Notes under the pieces: model-generated
Seen by the model: the letters and a program-made list of their open reading frames with translations, nothing else
Told to the model about the DNA's origin: nothing
Databases searched by the model: none
NCBI GenBank assembly: GCA_024704765.1
Contig: JAKMXF010000346.1
Location: forward strand, 130,803-194,802
Length of the DNA: 64,000 nucleotides
Direction of reading: 5' to 3'
Source: Oopsacas minuta
Taxonomy: Eukaryota > Animalia > Porifera
Shown here: positions 25,669-37,029 of the stretch, piece by piece
Position numbering within the stretch: the stretch's first letter is position 1
How the letters are laid out: each line of letters begins with the position of its first letter
Position numbers and translations under genes: made by a program

Positions 25669-28313
25669 CTACGGGCGTTCAATAAATTATAATCACTGTG
25701 TTACTGTGGGGATTTATAACACAACAATACTATATTGATAGTTGAATATGAATACTTAATCCTCTGTCTACAAGCTAGTATTGATTTTTTCATTATCGCT
25801 CAAAAACTCAACAAGTTATATCAAATTTTACAACAGGTGTTTTTTATCTTTCCATTTATGACATCACTTGGCAAGAATTCTATAATCGAGCAAAGAGTTT
25901 ATGTCAAGGTTCGTACTCTCCTCGTGAAATCTGCACACGAGATACAGGGTGCGTTTTAAGTTCTGTCCCATAGTCAAATCCTCATAACTTTACTACAATA
26001 GATCTTTTACTATTTAAACTTTTATACCAGTTTACTATGATCAATACAATTACATAATCGCACTGATTACTCAATATAACCTCCCTTGCCATGAATGACA
26101 CTTGATATCCTGCCAGGTAGGGCCTCAACTGCAGCACGGAGTACATCTTGGGGTATTTTCTCCTACTCTTCTCGCAATTTTCGCTTCAAAGAGTCTATAC
26201 TCTTGTGAGATTTAGCACAGACTCTGCTTTCGAGAATGGACCATACCGAATAGTCCATTGGGTTCAGGTCTGGGCTATATGGAGGCCATTGCTCTTTCTC
26301 AATAAAACATGGAATATTGCTCTGAAGCCAGGTTTGGGTAACATTTGATGTGTGAGCTGGTGCTCCGTCTTGTTGAAATACAAATGACCCACCATTAAAC
26401 ATGGTTTGGCTAAGGTTCTTCACTATGGGCTCTAAAATTAAGTCACGATAAGTTGTCGAGTTTATTTTTACGCCTGCAGGCACAAAAATTAGTGGCGTCC
26501 GACCAACAGCCGATATTCCAGCCCAAACCATTACTGAAAGTGGTTTTTGGACTCGAGGAACGTACTTCAGATCTGGATCAATAGTAGATGACTTGTGTGA
26601 TATAATCCTGTCGTTTTGAGGGTTCAAAGCTTCCTCAATGGTGAAAATCTTTTCGTCGGAGAATACAATTTTTATAATATCATGATTTACGTGCCTACGT
26701 AATTGTCCTTTACATCTTTGAAGCCTCTTGACCTTTACTTGCTCACTTAGGAAGTGAACTCTCTTTCTTCTGAATGAACGCATGCCTAAGTTCACTTTCA
26801 CAATTTTCCGTACTGAAGACTCTGATACTTTGAGTTCCTGAGCCATTTTCCTCATAGAACGCCGTGGGTTCCTACGGATACGTTCCCGCACCAACTTTTG
26901 GAGTGCTGGAGTCGTTACTGAAGGGGGACGACCACTTCTTGCTTTGTCACAAACTTTCCCAGTCTCGTTGTACCTCCGAATCGTACGATAGACAAACTTA
27001 CGTCTATTAGCGGGAATATTGAGCAACTTCAAAATTTCTTTCTGAGTCTTGCCATTTTTAGCTAACTCAATAATAGCTGACCTTTCGTGTTCCATCAAAT
27101 GAAAATACTAATACGTGAGAATGGTGTATTGTATAATAGGTATAGGTGCTAGCTAAACAATATAGTAAAAGAATCAACATAGTAGTATTAAGGATATGCT
27201 TAGAATATAGATCATACAATAACACATAAAGATGGGACAGAACTTAAAACGCACCCTGTATGCATCTTGATTTAGTTCAAGTCTATAATACGAAAGGTGC
27301 TCTGTCTTATGCAGGAGTCAGAAGATGGGCTCAGCGTTTCAGGCTGGGAAGAAAGTCTATCGAAGATGACCCTCGGCCTGGAGCACCAATTACGGCTGCA
27401 TCTCCCATTAAATCGTGCTCTATCAAGAAACTGATAGACCTAGACCCACATATAACTATCTGGGAACTTCCTAATAGTGTTGGCTTCTCGATGGGAAGTG
27501 TAGACCACATTTTAAGATCACAGCTCAAGTTGCGAAGGTTTGCACTAGATGAATCCCACATTTACTCACAAAGGTCCAGAAAGAGACAAGGGTGAGATGT
27601 TGGCGTAATCTCCTTATATCCTACAAAGAATGCGACCGGCGAAGATTATTTGAAATAGTGGCTGGTGATGAGACATGGGTTCAGCCTAACACACCTTTTT
27701 CCAAACAGGCAAATATGGTGTGGATAGGAAAGCCCTCGGACCCTGATGATATCGCGTCCAGATTTTTAGAACATCGAGAATCATGTATTGCATATTTTTT
27801 GATGCACATGGCCCAGTGGCCCAGGTGATAATTCCAAAGGGACAAACTGTTACTGGAAGCTTCTACACTAGTAATTATCTTGGTGCAGTGGAAGAAAGCT
27901 TGTTGAAGAGGAGAAACGGACTGGTGCTAAAGGGTTGAGATTATTACATGATAATGCCCGTCCTCACAAAACCAAGCAAGTCAAAGAATAAATCTTAAGG
28001 GTGGGGATGATTGAGCTTGAACATCCACCCTACAGCCCAGATCTAGCTCTTTGTGATTTCTATCTCTTCCCTAAGCTTAAGGAATACCTCTCTGGCCGTC
28101 ATTTTAGCAACAGCGCAGTACTGGGATCGGCGATTTTCCAGTATCTCAAACGGATACCGCCGGAAGACGATAAAAATAATTTTGTACGATGGTTGGAGCG
28201 TCTTCAATGCTGTATAAATAATGGTGGGGATTATTTCGAAAAGATTAAACACTGATTGTTTGTGTACAATATACTTTTGGGGATAGTGATCAGAAATTAT
28301 TGAACACCCGTAG
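25669..28313 (+). mobile_element. mariner element hosting the nested DD37D element
   Basis: TIR CTACGGG(C/T)GTTCAATAA with TA flanks. 1329 bp after removing the insert. ORF pieces IEQRVYVKVR...|HLDLVQVY, AGDETWV and HPPYSPDLALCDFYLFPKLK. Confidence 0.88.
25945..27258 (-). mobile_element. DD37D (maT/Bmmar1-type) Tc1/mariner element, near intact
   Basis: Perfect 27-bp TIR CAGGGTGCGTTTTAAGTTCTGTCCCAT and TA TSD. ORF 26067-27098 with FSDEK, QQDGAPAH and a 37-residue spacing to D in SPDLNPMD. Only lesion is TGG>TAG at 26163-65. Confidence 0.95.
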
Positions 28314-29064
28314 TAGTAATGAACAAAGATCATAAATACTCACTATTTGTGATAGTTGATGAGTCTCATAATTATCTTGAAACACTTCCCTATGGACTAC
28401 ATTTCTAATCTATGGATATAGAAGTACCAATTGAGAGATATCATCACCGTATACTACAAATCTATCATCTAGGTGGATCATTTGATTCTCTTTGTCAGTT
28501 TCAGTGCGTTCCCAACTCGGTAGGAAATTAGAGAAATTACTCACTTCAATGGCATCGTGAGGTTACAATTTTTTGAGACGTATATTAATAGCGAGTTTCA
28601 TTACTTTAACATGGCGCCAAAGGACTCGTGCGTATGGGAGGAGTCCCTCACCTGAATGAGCTGAATACGGTCTGCTAATTGTTGTACCGAACCTTTTTAC
28701 TCCCTTTTTCTATTCTTGCTTTGTTTTATCCCACACAAAGTTTTCGGGAAATTTAAGTAGGAGTATTCTCGGGCAATTGGAAAATTTGGTCTGTCCAGAA
28801 CCATCCCATTAGTGTGGAATGCCTAAGGTTCCTACTACAGCATTAATATCAGCAGTTCCCTTGAATGCAACACCCTGCTTATCCTCCAGATGAAGTGCTA
28901 GCCGAACAACGTGTTGCAAATTAGCATGGAGTTCAATGGAGAATATTCTATATCAAGCTTCATATGCAGAACCATATCTGGCTTCCTGATAGTTATGTAT
29001 TTCATTATTCTCTCCGGATTTATCACTATCTCTACGGTAACAAAACTTAATTTTTGCTCTATTG

Positions 29065-29382
29065 CAGGGGCGTGGAAACTTTTCTCTCCGCGGGCCGCAT
29101 TCTAATTCCATATTATATGCGGGCTATGTTGACCTATGACTACGTTCCATGTCCTAATATATTACAAAAACTCTACTAGCTAATTGTAAAATATACAAAA
29201 TTATATATAAAAATTTCCTAATATTAATCAAATTTTCCATGGGACGATATTTCCGAGTGCCTAATGTTGAGTAATATAGTGATCAATTAATTTGAATACT
29301 CAAATAACTTATGCCAGAGGGGCCGGTTCAAAATCATGAGCCGGACGGATCCGGCCTGTGGGTCGTAGTTCGCCCACCCCTG
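29065..29382. mobile_element. hAT (Charlie-like) MITE, 318 bp
   Basis: CAGGGG...CCCCTG termini with GGGCCGCA/GGCCGGATCCG subterminal motifs. Decayed 8-bp TSD CTCTATTG/GCCTATTG; removal restores Helitron KGHNRAK. Confidence 0.8.
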
Positions 29383-29692
29383 GCCTATTGTGACCTTTAT
29401 CGACATACTTATAGAGGTACTTGACTGGGAAGTCCGACATTTCGTTACACATTTCGTTACACGACATTTCGCTACTTATTTGATTGGTCAATTTTAATTA
29501 TTATTTTAAATCAAATTTTAAAGTAGTTTAACGGTTTGAAAAATAAATAAAGTACTCAGATATCAATATACAATTCTAAGTAAAGTTAAATAATACTCAT
29601 AAATTGTTCTTGAAATAAGGATTCGATAATAATATAGGAATTTCAATGTATCAACTGTGAATTTCTAAGGTCAAACTTGTATAGTTTCCCTG

Positions 29693-29845
29693 ATAGGGTA
29701 AAAAGCTCTGACTAAGGTAGATGAAAGTTATTTTAGGATTCGTATATATGGTTCATCATGAGCAGTATAATACTGCTCATGATGAACCATATATACGAAT
29801 CCTAAAATAACTTTCATCTATCTTAGTCAGAGCATTTTACTCTAT
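29693..29845. repeat. 153-bp near-perfect palindrome (76-bp arms, 1-nt loop)
   Basis: Centre GCAGTAT-A-ATACTGC at 29769; three mismatches along the stem. Confidence 0.95.
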
Positions 29846-30536
29846 TTTCAAAATTACAAACGACAGCAATATTTTCTTGGAATTCAAGGTCGCTTCGCTT
29901 ACCATGAACTAGTGGGGCGACCAATTGCTGGAGACAAGCGTGAAAACGCCTTTTGGTGTTCACAGTATTTCTATAGAGCGTCATAACTCCAGCACCAACC
30001 TTCCGGATATATTCGAAAAGTATTTATCTTGTATACATGACATACCGTATACGAAACACACCTAAGTTTTGCTGATACATATATCACGAAAACTTTGATC
30101 CTGCTCGACCGTTCAAGACGCGATTAATTAGTTCAAGTGTATAAAGCTAGCAAACTACCCGTCGATTTCGACGGAATGTCATGAGCAGTACCTTAGTTAG
30201 TTAGGAGTAGGAACAGCGGAAATAACTCATCAGAAACTACGCAGAATTTCTAATTGGATGTCATGGCCCAATAGTAACTTAATATAATGTTGGAATATGA
30301 ATTGGTACGGTCACTGACACTGAGGAACACTTGGGATTTTGTATAGGACTATTCATGGTATAACGATATGCTACTATTTCATTGGTCTATATTAGTGCTC
30401 CATGGGATTATCTACGACTTTGTTTATCGTCTATATGTTACAGCCTTACAGAAATAAATATACGGAGCAGCTCAGTGTAGCATTTGAGTGTATGTCTTAA
30501 ACAAGTCTAATCGTGTCACACTGAATTCATTAAATA

Positions 30537-30862
30537 CTAGCGCGTTTCGCTTGCTCCCGCTACGCGGTTGCGAACACTTCGTGTCCACAATCGGGCCTTG
30601 ACCTTCGAGTATATAAACTTATGATCTCAACCTTGGCAAACGTTATGCTACTCTTTAAATCTGCTCACTTTCTGTCCCCAAAAGTGAACAATATTTATAA
30701 AATGTTGTTTAGATTATCATATTCGATTACCAGTACAACGTTGTTTTGTTGTCGTTATTTAGTGTAACGTTTGGTTCTGGACTTACGAACTGAACCTGTA
30801 CGTTTTCCATATGGGGGAGCGAGACAGACAGACATACACAAACTGAGATTTAATAATACAGA
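30537..30862 (-). mobile_element. Non-autonomous Helitron (326 bp)
   Basis: A|TCTGTATT...GTCT microsatellite 5' end, GC hairpins, CTAG|T 3' end, no TSD. Confidence 0.82.
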
Positions 30863-32358
30863 TTAGGCCGTGGCTAATATTGACTGGTAATTTACTTCGC
30901 CCTGCATTTTTGGAATTTTGCGGTCTTCTATAGTTTAATAAACACAAACTGTACATTACATGTCGCTGGGAAATTAAACAATACATACTAGCCTCCTTCC
31001 ATCAACTTGCTGCCTCCTCTGGTTGTCCTGATCAACCATTCAGGTTGATCAGGAGCTCTGCCATTAGCAAATTAAATGATCAACAAATAATACAATAAAA
31101 ATAGATAAATAATTTGTTTGAGAAACACTGATCTGAACAATGGAAGTAACCAATCGTATTTATTGAATTTTGAAGCTTATTGACTTCATAAAACAGCTGT
31201 ACGATGTTTACAGAGTAAAGAATATGATGATGATTACTTGAGGTTACATTCCAATTCGTGTATAAACATTATCAGTTGTTTCGAATTATTTGATTGAGAT
31301 AACTTCTGAAATATACTCAATGCATTTAGACGTAATACTTTGAACGGCTTTACAAGAATCTAAACTATAACTGGGATTCTACAAGGGTAGATTTTGTAAT
31401 ATTTAAGGGGAATAATTTAATTATAAATAATAATTAAAATTGACCAATCAAATAAGTAGCGAGATGTCGTGTAACGAAATGTCGCTGTAGCGAAATGTCT
31501 GTAGCGAAATGTCTGTAGCGAAATGTCGGTATCCGACTTGACTGCCAATACTGTGGTACAGATTCCAACGTTGAGATTTGCATTGAACTTTAACAACAGA
31601 TACGGATTGTAAGGTACAACCTATTTATTTTCTAGATTCATATCACTTAGCTCTACAGTACGTGAGTTGAGTCTATGCCTATACAATGGATGCCAATCCT
31701 TAGTAGTTGTTGTGAAGGCTGAGAACAATTTTATACAATTTTTAGCTCATGACCCTTAACGCATCCATGGAGCAGTTTCTTTTGCTATTCGCACGGACCA
31801 TGGATCATACAACGCTTTACAATGCTATACAATTTAGGCTGGACCTCAGGGTCAGGTATTTGAGCACAAACAATCATATCATAATCTGAAGGCTCACTCG
31901 GTTTGCAGCCATCAAGAAGATATTTAAAATATGAGCTTGGGTAACCCAGGCTACTGAAATTCGTTATTATAGACATGTACAATGGGTCTACCATGGATAT
32001 ATTTTTTAAGAGTATCGCTAATCAGTCCCCGTAATTGCAATCTAAACACTTACAGTTAAATCTGGTAAATCGTTAGCTTTCTGACCAATCAGAAAACTAT
32101 TAGTGAGGGGAAATAGGTAGACCTGGCAAATATATCAGGTTTTTCATACTTCCGTACAATTGTCATTGCGTGTTGATAAGTTGGAACCTGTGCCTTGGAG
32201 AGCCAATGTAACCCGAGGGATAAATTTTCTTTTGTCCGAACTCTTCAGCGTTAGCATTTCTCTAGCAAGAGCATCAGCTAATCCACTGTATAGATCAACA
32301 CAGTTCTGTTGCTGATGTAACTTTGTATAGTTAAACTCTGCTACTCAATTTTGGCATA

Positions 32359-33700
32359 CAGAGTGTAACAACAGTGTTGTCCCCTTTCTTTTTTGTCATT
32401 GATTGAGTATATAAAACTGAACCTTGACTATTGCATCTGACTTACTCTTTCTAGTTATTACCATAATAGTTTTTGACCATTCTATCGCAGTTTGATAAAT
32501 ATTATTTTTTATCTCTTCCTTCCTACTTGGATTTCGTAAAATCATTTTCTCGGTTCGGAATGGATGTCCGCAACCATGGGTTAGAGGTTCGTTCTCAAGC
32601 AGTAGGTATGCTAAGGAGTGGTCTTTCACAGCAAAACGTAGCTCTCGAACCAGACGTTTCAGTGAGATCTGTCAAGAAGTGGTGGAGTGCGTATAAAAAA
32701 GGAATGAGCCTGGAAACCAAGACCCGTTCTGGCAGACCGCCGATTTTGAATCGGGTCAATAAAATCATTATCTCCAAAACTTGACAAAAAGAAGGCAATC
32801 AACTCGCAAGATTGCAAAGAGATTGAATTCAACTAACGACCCTGGCTCTCACATGACAGTTTATCGCTATTTGACCAATTCAATTGGTGCATCAGCGTTC
32901 AAGAGGCAAAAGACCCCCGTTTATCAGCAAAAACATCCAGGACAGACTAAATTTTGCCAAGAGACATCAAAATTGGGGCGTGGAAGATTGGAAAAAAGTT
33001 CGTTGGTCTGATGAGTCTCCCTTTGAATTGTATGCAACACCCAATCGGCATAATGATCGTGTTTGGGCTAAAACAGCTAAAGATGTTCCTTGCATTTTGT
33101 CGGTGAAATTTCCTCAAAAATTCATGTCTGGGGATTTATGTCGCATCAAGCACTATCTGAGCTCCATATAATTCCACAAGGACGGACTACAAACTCGCTA
33201 TATTATAGGGATGAAATATTAGCTAAGATTTGTAGAGATGCTATCAACCGTACAGAAAATATGGGACTTATTTTAGAGCTGCCAAAGTTGGGAAACATGT
33301 CCGATTTCAACTTTATGCAAGATGGTGCTCCTGCCCACACGGCTAAAATGACTCAGAAGTGGTGCCGAGATAGTCTAACGGGTTTTCGAGAAACATGACT
33401 GGCCACGGAATTCACCGGACCTGAACCCAACTGAAAACCTTTGGGCTATATTGAAAGAGAGAGTTAATGAGAAGGGTCAGATGACAAATCGAAATCAGTT
33501 AAATGAAACCGTGAAATTAGCATGGCAAGCCATTACTCCCGATATTTTGGAAGATTTTGTAGCCAACATGCCAAACAGAGTTAAAGTTGTTTTGGAAATG
33601 GGGGGTGATTATACAAACAAATGAAAGTTGATATTGTGTAGTTATTTCTCATAGATGCTTCTGGCAATCGAAGGGGACAAAACACTTTTGTTACACCCTG
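32359..33700 (+). mobile_element. DD37E (TRT/ITmD37E-like) Tc1 element, frameshifted
   Basis: Imperfect TIR CAG(A/G)GTGTAACAA.AGTG..TTGTCCCCT with TA TSD. WSDESPF and MQDGAPAH motifs; reconstructed spacing of 37 residues to E in SPDLNPTENLW (requires one frameshift correction). Confidence 0.85.
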
Positions 33701-35099
33701 TACATGTCAACAATGTATTGATGAAATAGCCTGCCAGAGAGGTTTTAGTGGTTTAATCCGCTTCTAACTATGAGTTGATAGGAGTCAAAGTCTAGTCCTA
33801 TGGCAGTACTTCTACCTTAGCTATTGAGGATATTAATATACTATCCATCACTGCCTAAGGGGAATAGCAATACATAATGGGATGAGTCATAAGAACGGGG
33901 TAATTTTGTTATTTTTTGATTCCACCATGTCTGCCATACAGAATACTTTCTCTGTTTACCACTGTTTCTGAATAACCATCCCCAGAAAGGGATACTGCAA
34001 TCTCAGGAGCAGAAGGGGCATCATATTCGTGGATCTCCAATACTATCTTCTAGGATAGTGAACATTATATCCATTGCTTTCATCTACACATATGATTTAT
34101 GGCATGTCTGAAGCAAAACAGGGTTTGACCGCGTGTAACATCTGTTGTAATCACTTCAATTCAGGGAGATATGTTACGCCCTTGTGTCTCTGACGTCTTT
34201 CTAGCTCAGCTTCTGGAGTACTCTAGTTGATATATATTTGAGCGAATTAATGCGGCTCTTCTACTTCGGGGATTAATCTACCAACTGAATGGTGTACTAC
34301 CCCATGCATACAGAACGTATATAATGTTCGCCATTTCGTTATCAACATTGGCTCTGAGAGAAGAAAATGCAAGACTTGTCTTATAGGCACGTATACTACT
34401 CCTGAATTCAGTAGATCTTTACCAGTATCAGTGAGTAATTGATCTAGCAGCTTAGGTGGTGTCTAAAGGCCGTATAACAACCTTCCCCTCCCCACAACAA
34501 AGGAGAACTTAAACATGCCTTAGTGCTGGTAACTCAACCCGAGATTTCAGACTAATATTGTGCTCATGCTCATACTCTTTGTTTCTTAGACTAGCTTTAC
34601 TGGCACGGTCGTGTTCTTTGTGCTCAGCGGATCTATCCTCAAAATCAATTTCTCTGAGGTTATCTCGATGGGGTCGCTGGTACTTTAAGCGCCGAGTGCC
34701 TCGTGCTCGATTTGGGAAGCTCTCAAAATAACTTGTCGGTCCCTTTGTTTCTGAAGACGCTCTAATCTTTCTTCTGAAATTCGTTTTGGCGAATTTCAGG
34801 AAGAAAGCTTCGGACATAGCTGGTTTATTACCAGGACAATCCTGTTTCTTTTTCATGAGTATCATTCCAAATATCAATACAGAAATTCTTGGTAATTAGT
34901 TGGATAACTGTATTACATATGGAAATACATTTAGCATTCATTAATTATGTCTACTGGTATTCACTGTAGAATTGAAAAAATTAGCACCAGTCTATTCAGT
35001 AACCTGGTTCCTACATACAATTTCTACTGTTCATCTAAAACACGAATTAACTTTATGAGTATATTTTCACACGAAACACCACCTAAACATTACTAAATA

Positions 35100-36451
35100 C
35101 AGTGCCGGTCAAAAAGAATTGCTCAGAATAAATTTACCCCAAATTCTTAAATCTATGACTGATTTTAACAATAATGCTTTATTATAATCAAATAAATTGT
35201 TGTTAGTATTTAGTAGTACCTCCTCTTACTTGAATTACAGCTTTACATCTTTGCGGCATACTCTCAATTAGAGTATGGAGTCTGTTAATGTCGATGCTAT
35301 CCCAAGTCTTAATATGGCATTCCACAACTCTGAGTGGTTGGATGGGCTTTTCTCTTGAATTCTGAGGGAAATGTGATCCCAGAGATTCTCAATCGGATTT
35401 AGATCAGGTGACTGAGCAGGCCAATTCATAACCTCTATTTTTTGCTCACCAAACCATTGCTTAGTACCCTTTGACATATGGTATGGGGCGTTGTCTTGCT
35501 GAAAAGTCCAGTCAGAATGTAGAGAATGCAAATCAACGCTTGGGATTAGTGCATTTTCCAATATATCAATGTAGGAATTTGTCTTGAGGTTCCCAGATAC
35601 TTTCCACAAGAGTCCTACACCACTCCAGCAAAAGCATCCACAAACCATGATGCCACCTCCACCAAACTTGCAAGTTTTTTGAAGACACCTCTCTGAGAAC
35701 TCCTCCCCTTTCATCCTCCTGACGTAGGCTCTCCCGTCATTAGTATACAGAAGGAACCTAGATTCGTCACTGAACACAACTCTTGCCCATTCTTCAGTTT
35801 TCCAATTCTTGTGCGATCTTGCGAAGGAAAGTCAGTCTCTTTTGTGCTTGGTAGTAAGGCGGGGCTTCCTTCGCGGTTTTCGTCCGAACAGTCCAGCTCC
35901 TCGTAACCTTCTCTGAACTGTTGAAGTGGAAAGTTTTATCGAATATTCTGATAACACTTCAGCTTTGATCTGAGTAGCAGTCTTAAATCGATCCTTTTTG
36001 CATTTTCTGACCAATAAATTGTCTTGCCTTTTGGTTGTGACACGAAGCCTACCCGGGATAGCGAGGTCTCTTACCGTGCCAGTCAGCCTGTGTTTCTTAA
36101 GGATCTCGGCTACACTTTTTTGGCTACACCCAACCATTTTAGCTACCTCCCTCTGAGTATGGCCACTTTCTGAAAGTAGGATCAGGTTGGCTCGATTTTC
36201 AATGGAAATTCGGGGTTTAGAAGGCATTGAAAATTCGATAAAAACAGATAAATTGGAAAAAAAGAATACAAAATAAAAACTGTAAGTTGTGCAAATATAA
36301 TGAATGGATTAGCTGTGTTGGTGTGTTACTTGTCGAAATACATATGGCTGAGTATGGTTTCGCAAGAATTCAACTATCTGTTCAGTGTATACAATTTGAC
36401 ATTTACTTACTGTATGCATTCATTTTGAGCAATTCTTTTTGGCCGACACTG
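35100..36451 (-). mobile_element. Tc1 (DD34E) element
   Basis: 26-bp TIR CAGTG(C/T)CGG(T/C)CAAAAAGAATTGCTCA with TA TSD. FSDESRF, QQDNAPYH, 34 residues to E in SPDLNPIENLW. Frameshifted. Confidence 0.93.
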
Positions 36452-36589
36452 TATATTGTTGAATAATAATGAATAATCTATTATCTAGTATGCCGTATAG
36501 AGCTTCTTTCAACAAATATTCTATGATTTCATTATTTGTCTACGTTATATTCAACATCAAGAACAATAAATATATATGTGAGAAACTTG

Positions 36590-36830
36590 TAAATGCGAAA
36601 TTCGGATTCAGCGTATTTAGTTACGACTGCGTTGCCGTTTAGAGCAAGCATGTACCAATATTTTGAGATTTAGATAATTTGTTTACTTTATATCCATCAC
36701 AGCAGTAATAAGTTTACATATGATAATCCAAAAGTCTGAAAATCGAATTCAGCGTGCTGATATATTTTGTGAAGTTTTATTGAATTATATTTACTTCCTC
36801 GACAAACATAATTTCAAAATTGAATACAAT
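36590..36830 (-). mobile_element. Internal fragment of the non-autonomous Helitron family
   Basis: Similar to 20840-21050, 40380-40590 and (inverted) 47830-48040, e.g. ATTCGGATTCAGCG...TTGTTTACTTT...GAAGTTTTATTGAATT. Confidence 0.6.
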
Positions 36831-36869
36831 AAATCCTTTTTTTCACAATAGACAAACAAACAGTCAAAT

Positions 36870-36995
36870 GTTTCATGAATTAGGGGAGGCATAGTTTAGA
36901 GCTAAAGTGTATAACTTGACCATAGCTAGGGGGAGGGGAGAAAGCACTTTTGGCGGGACATTTTGCCCCCACTGAATTTATCTAGAAAAACCCTG
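36870..36995. mobile_element. Right half of the hAT MITE family seen at 46586
   Basis: Shares TTTCATGAATTAG...GAGCTAAAGTG.ATAAC, TTGACCATAGCT and TCTAGAAAAACCCTG with 46586-46889. Confidence 0.6.
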
Positions 36996-37029
36996 GGCAG
37001 GATGACAGGCAACAATTGAGGTTAAATAA

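Larger units (their letters stand above)
29428..31535. mobile_element. Non-autonomous MULE-like/fold-back element, 2.1 kb
   Basis: 9-bp TSD ACTTGACTG (29419-27, 31536-44). TIRs built from GACATTTCGYTAC repeats (3 left, 5 right) plus a shared 31-bp inner block. No transposase. Confidence 0.82.
28620..34877 (-). mobile_element. Autonomous-type Helitron (RepHel) relic split by three insertions
   Basis: Ordered RepHel motifs: FSFCCGEGKV, FAQIYI, YVLLFPLG.DG, GRLFHQYIVDM|YAKIE, GSPRH...KPDIF, VCAQIPDP...MIHGPC, VVPYNPYLLLKFN, AVK|YLYKYVDKGHNR|AK, ARY.SAYEA.YRIF, VVRLALHLED. Helicase half not seen; stops and frameshifts throughout. Confidence 0.88.

Noticed and set aside
28612-28618. LTR primer-binding site (AACA-TGGCGCC)
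   Set aside because: Falls within the minus-strand Helitron frame (RVLWRHVK); no LTR pair or gag/pol follows.
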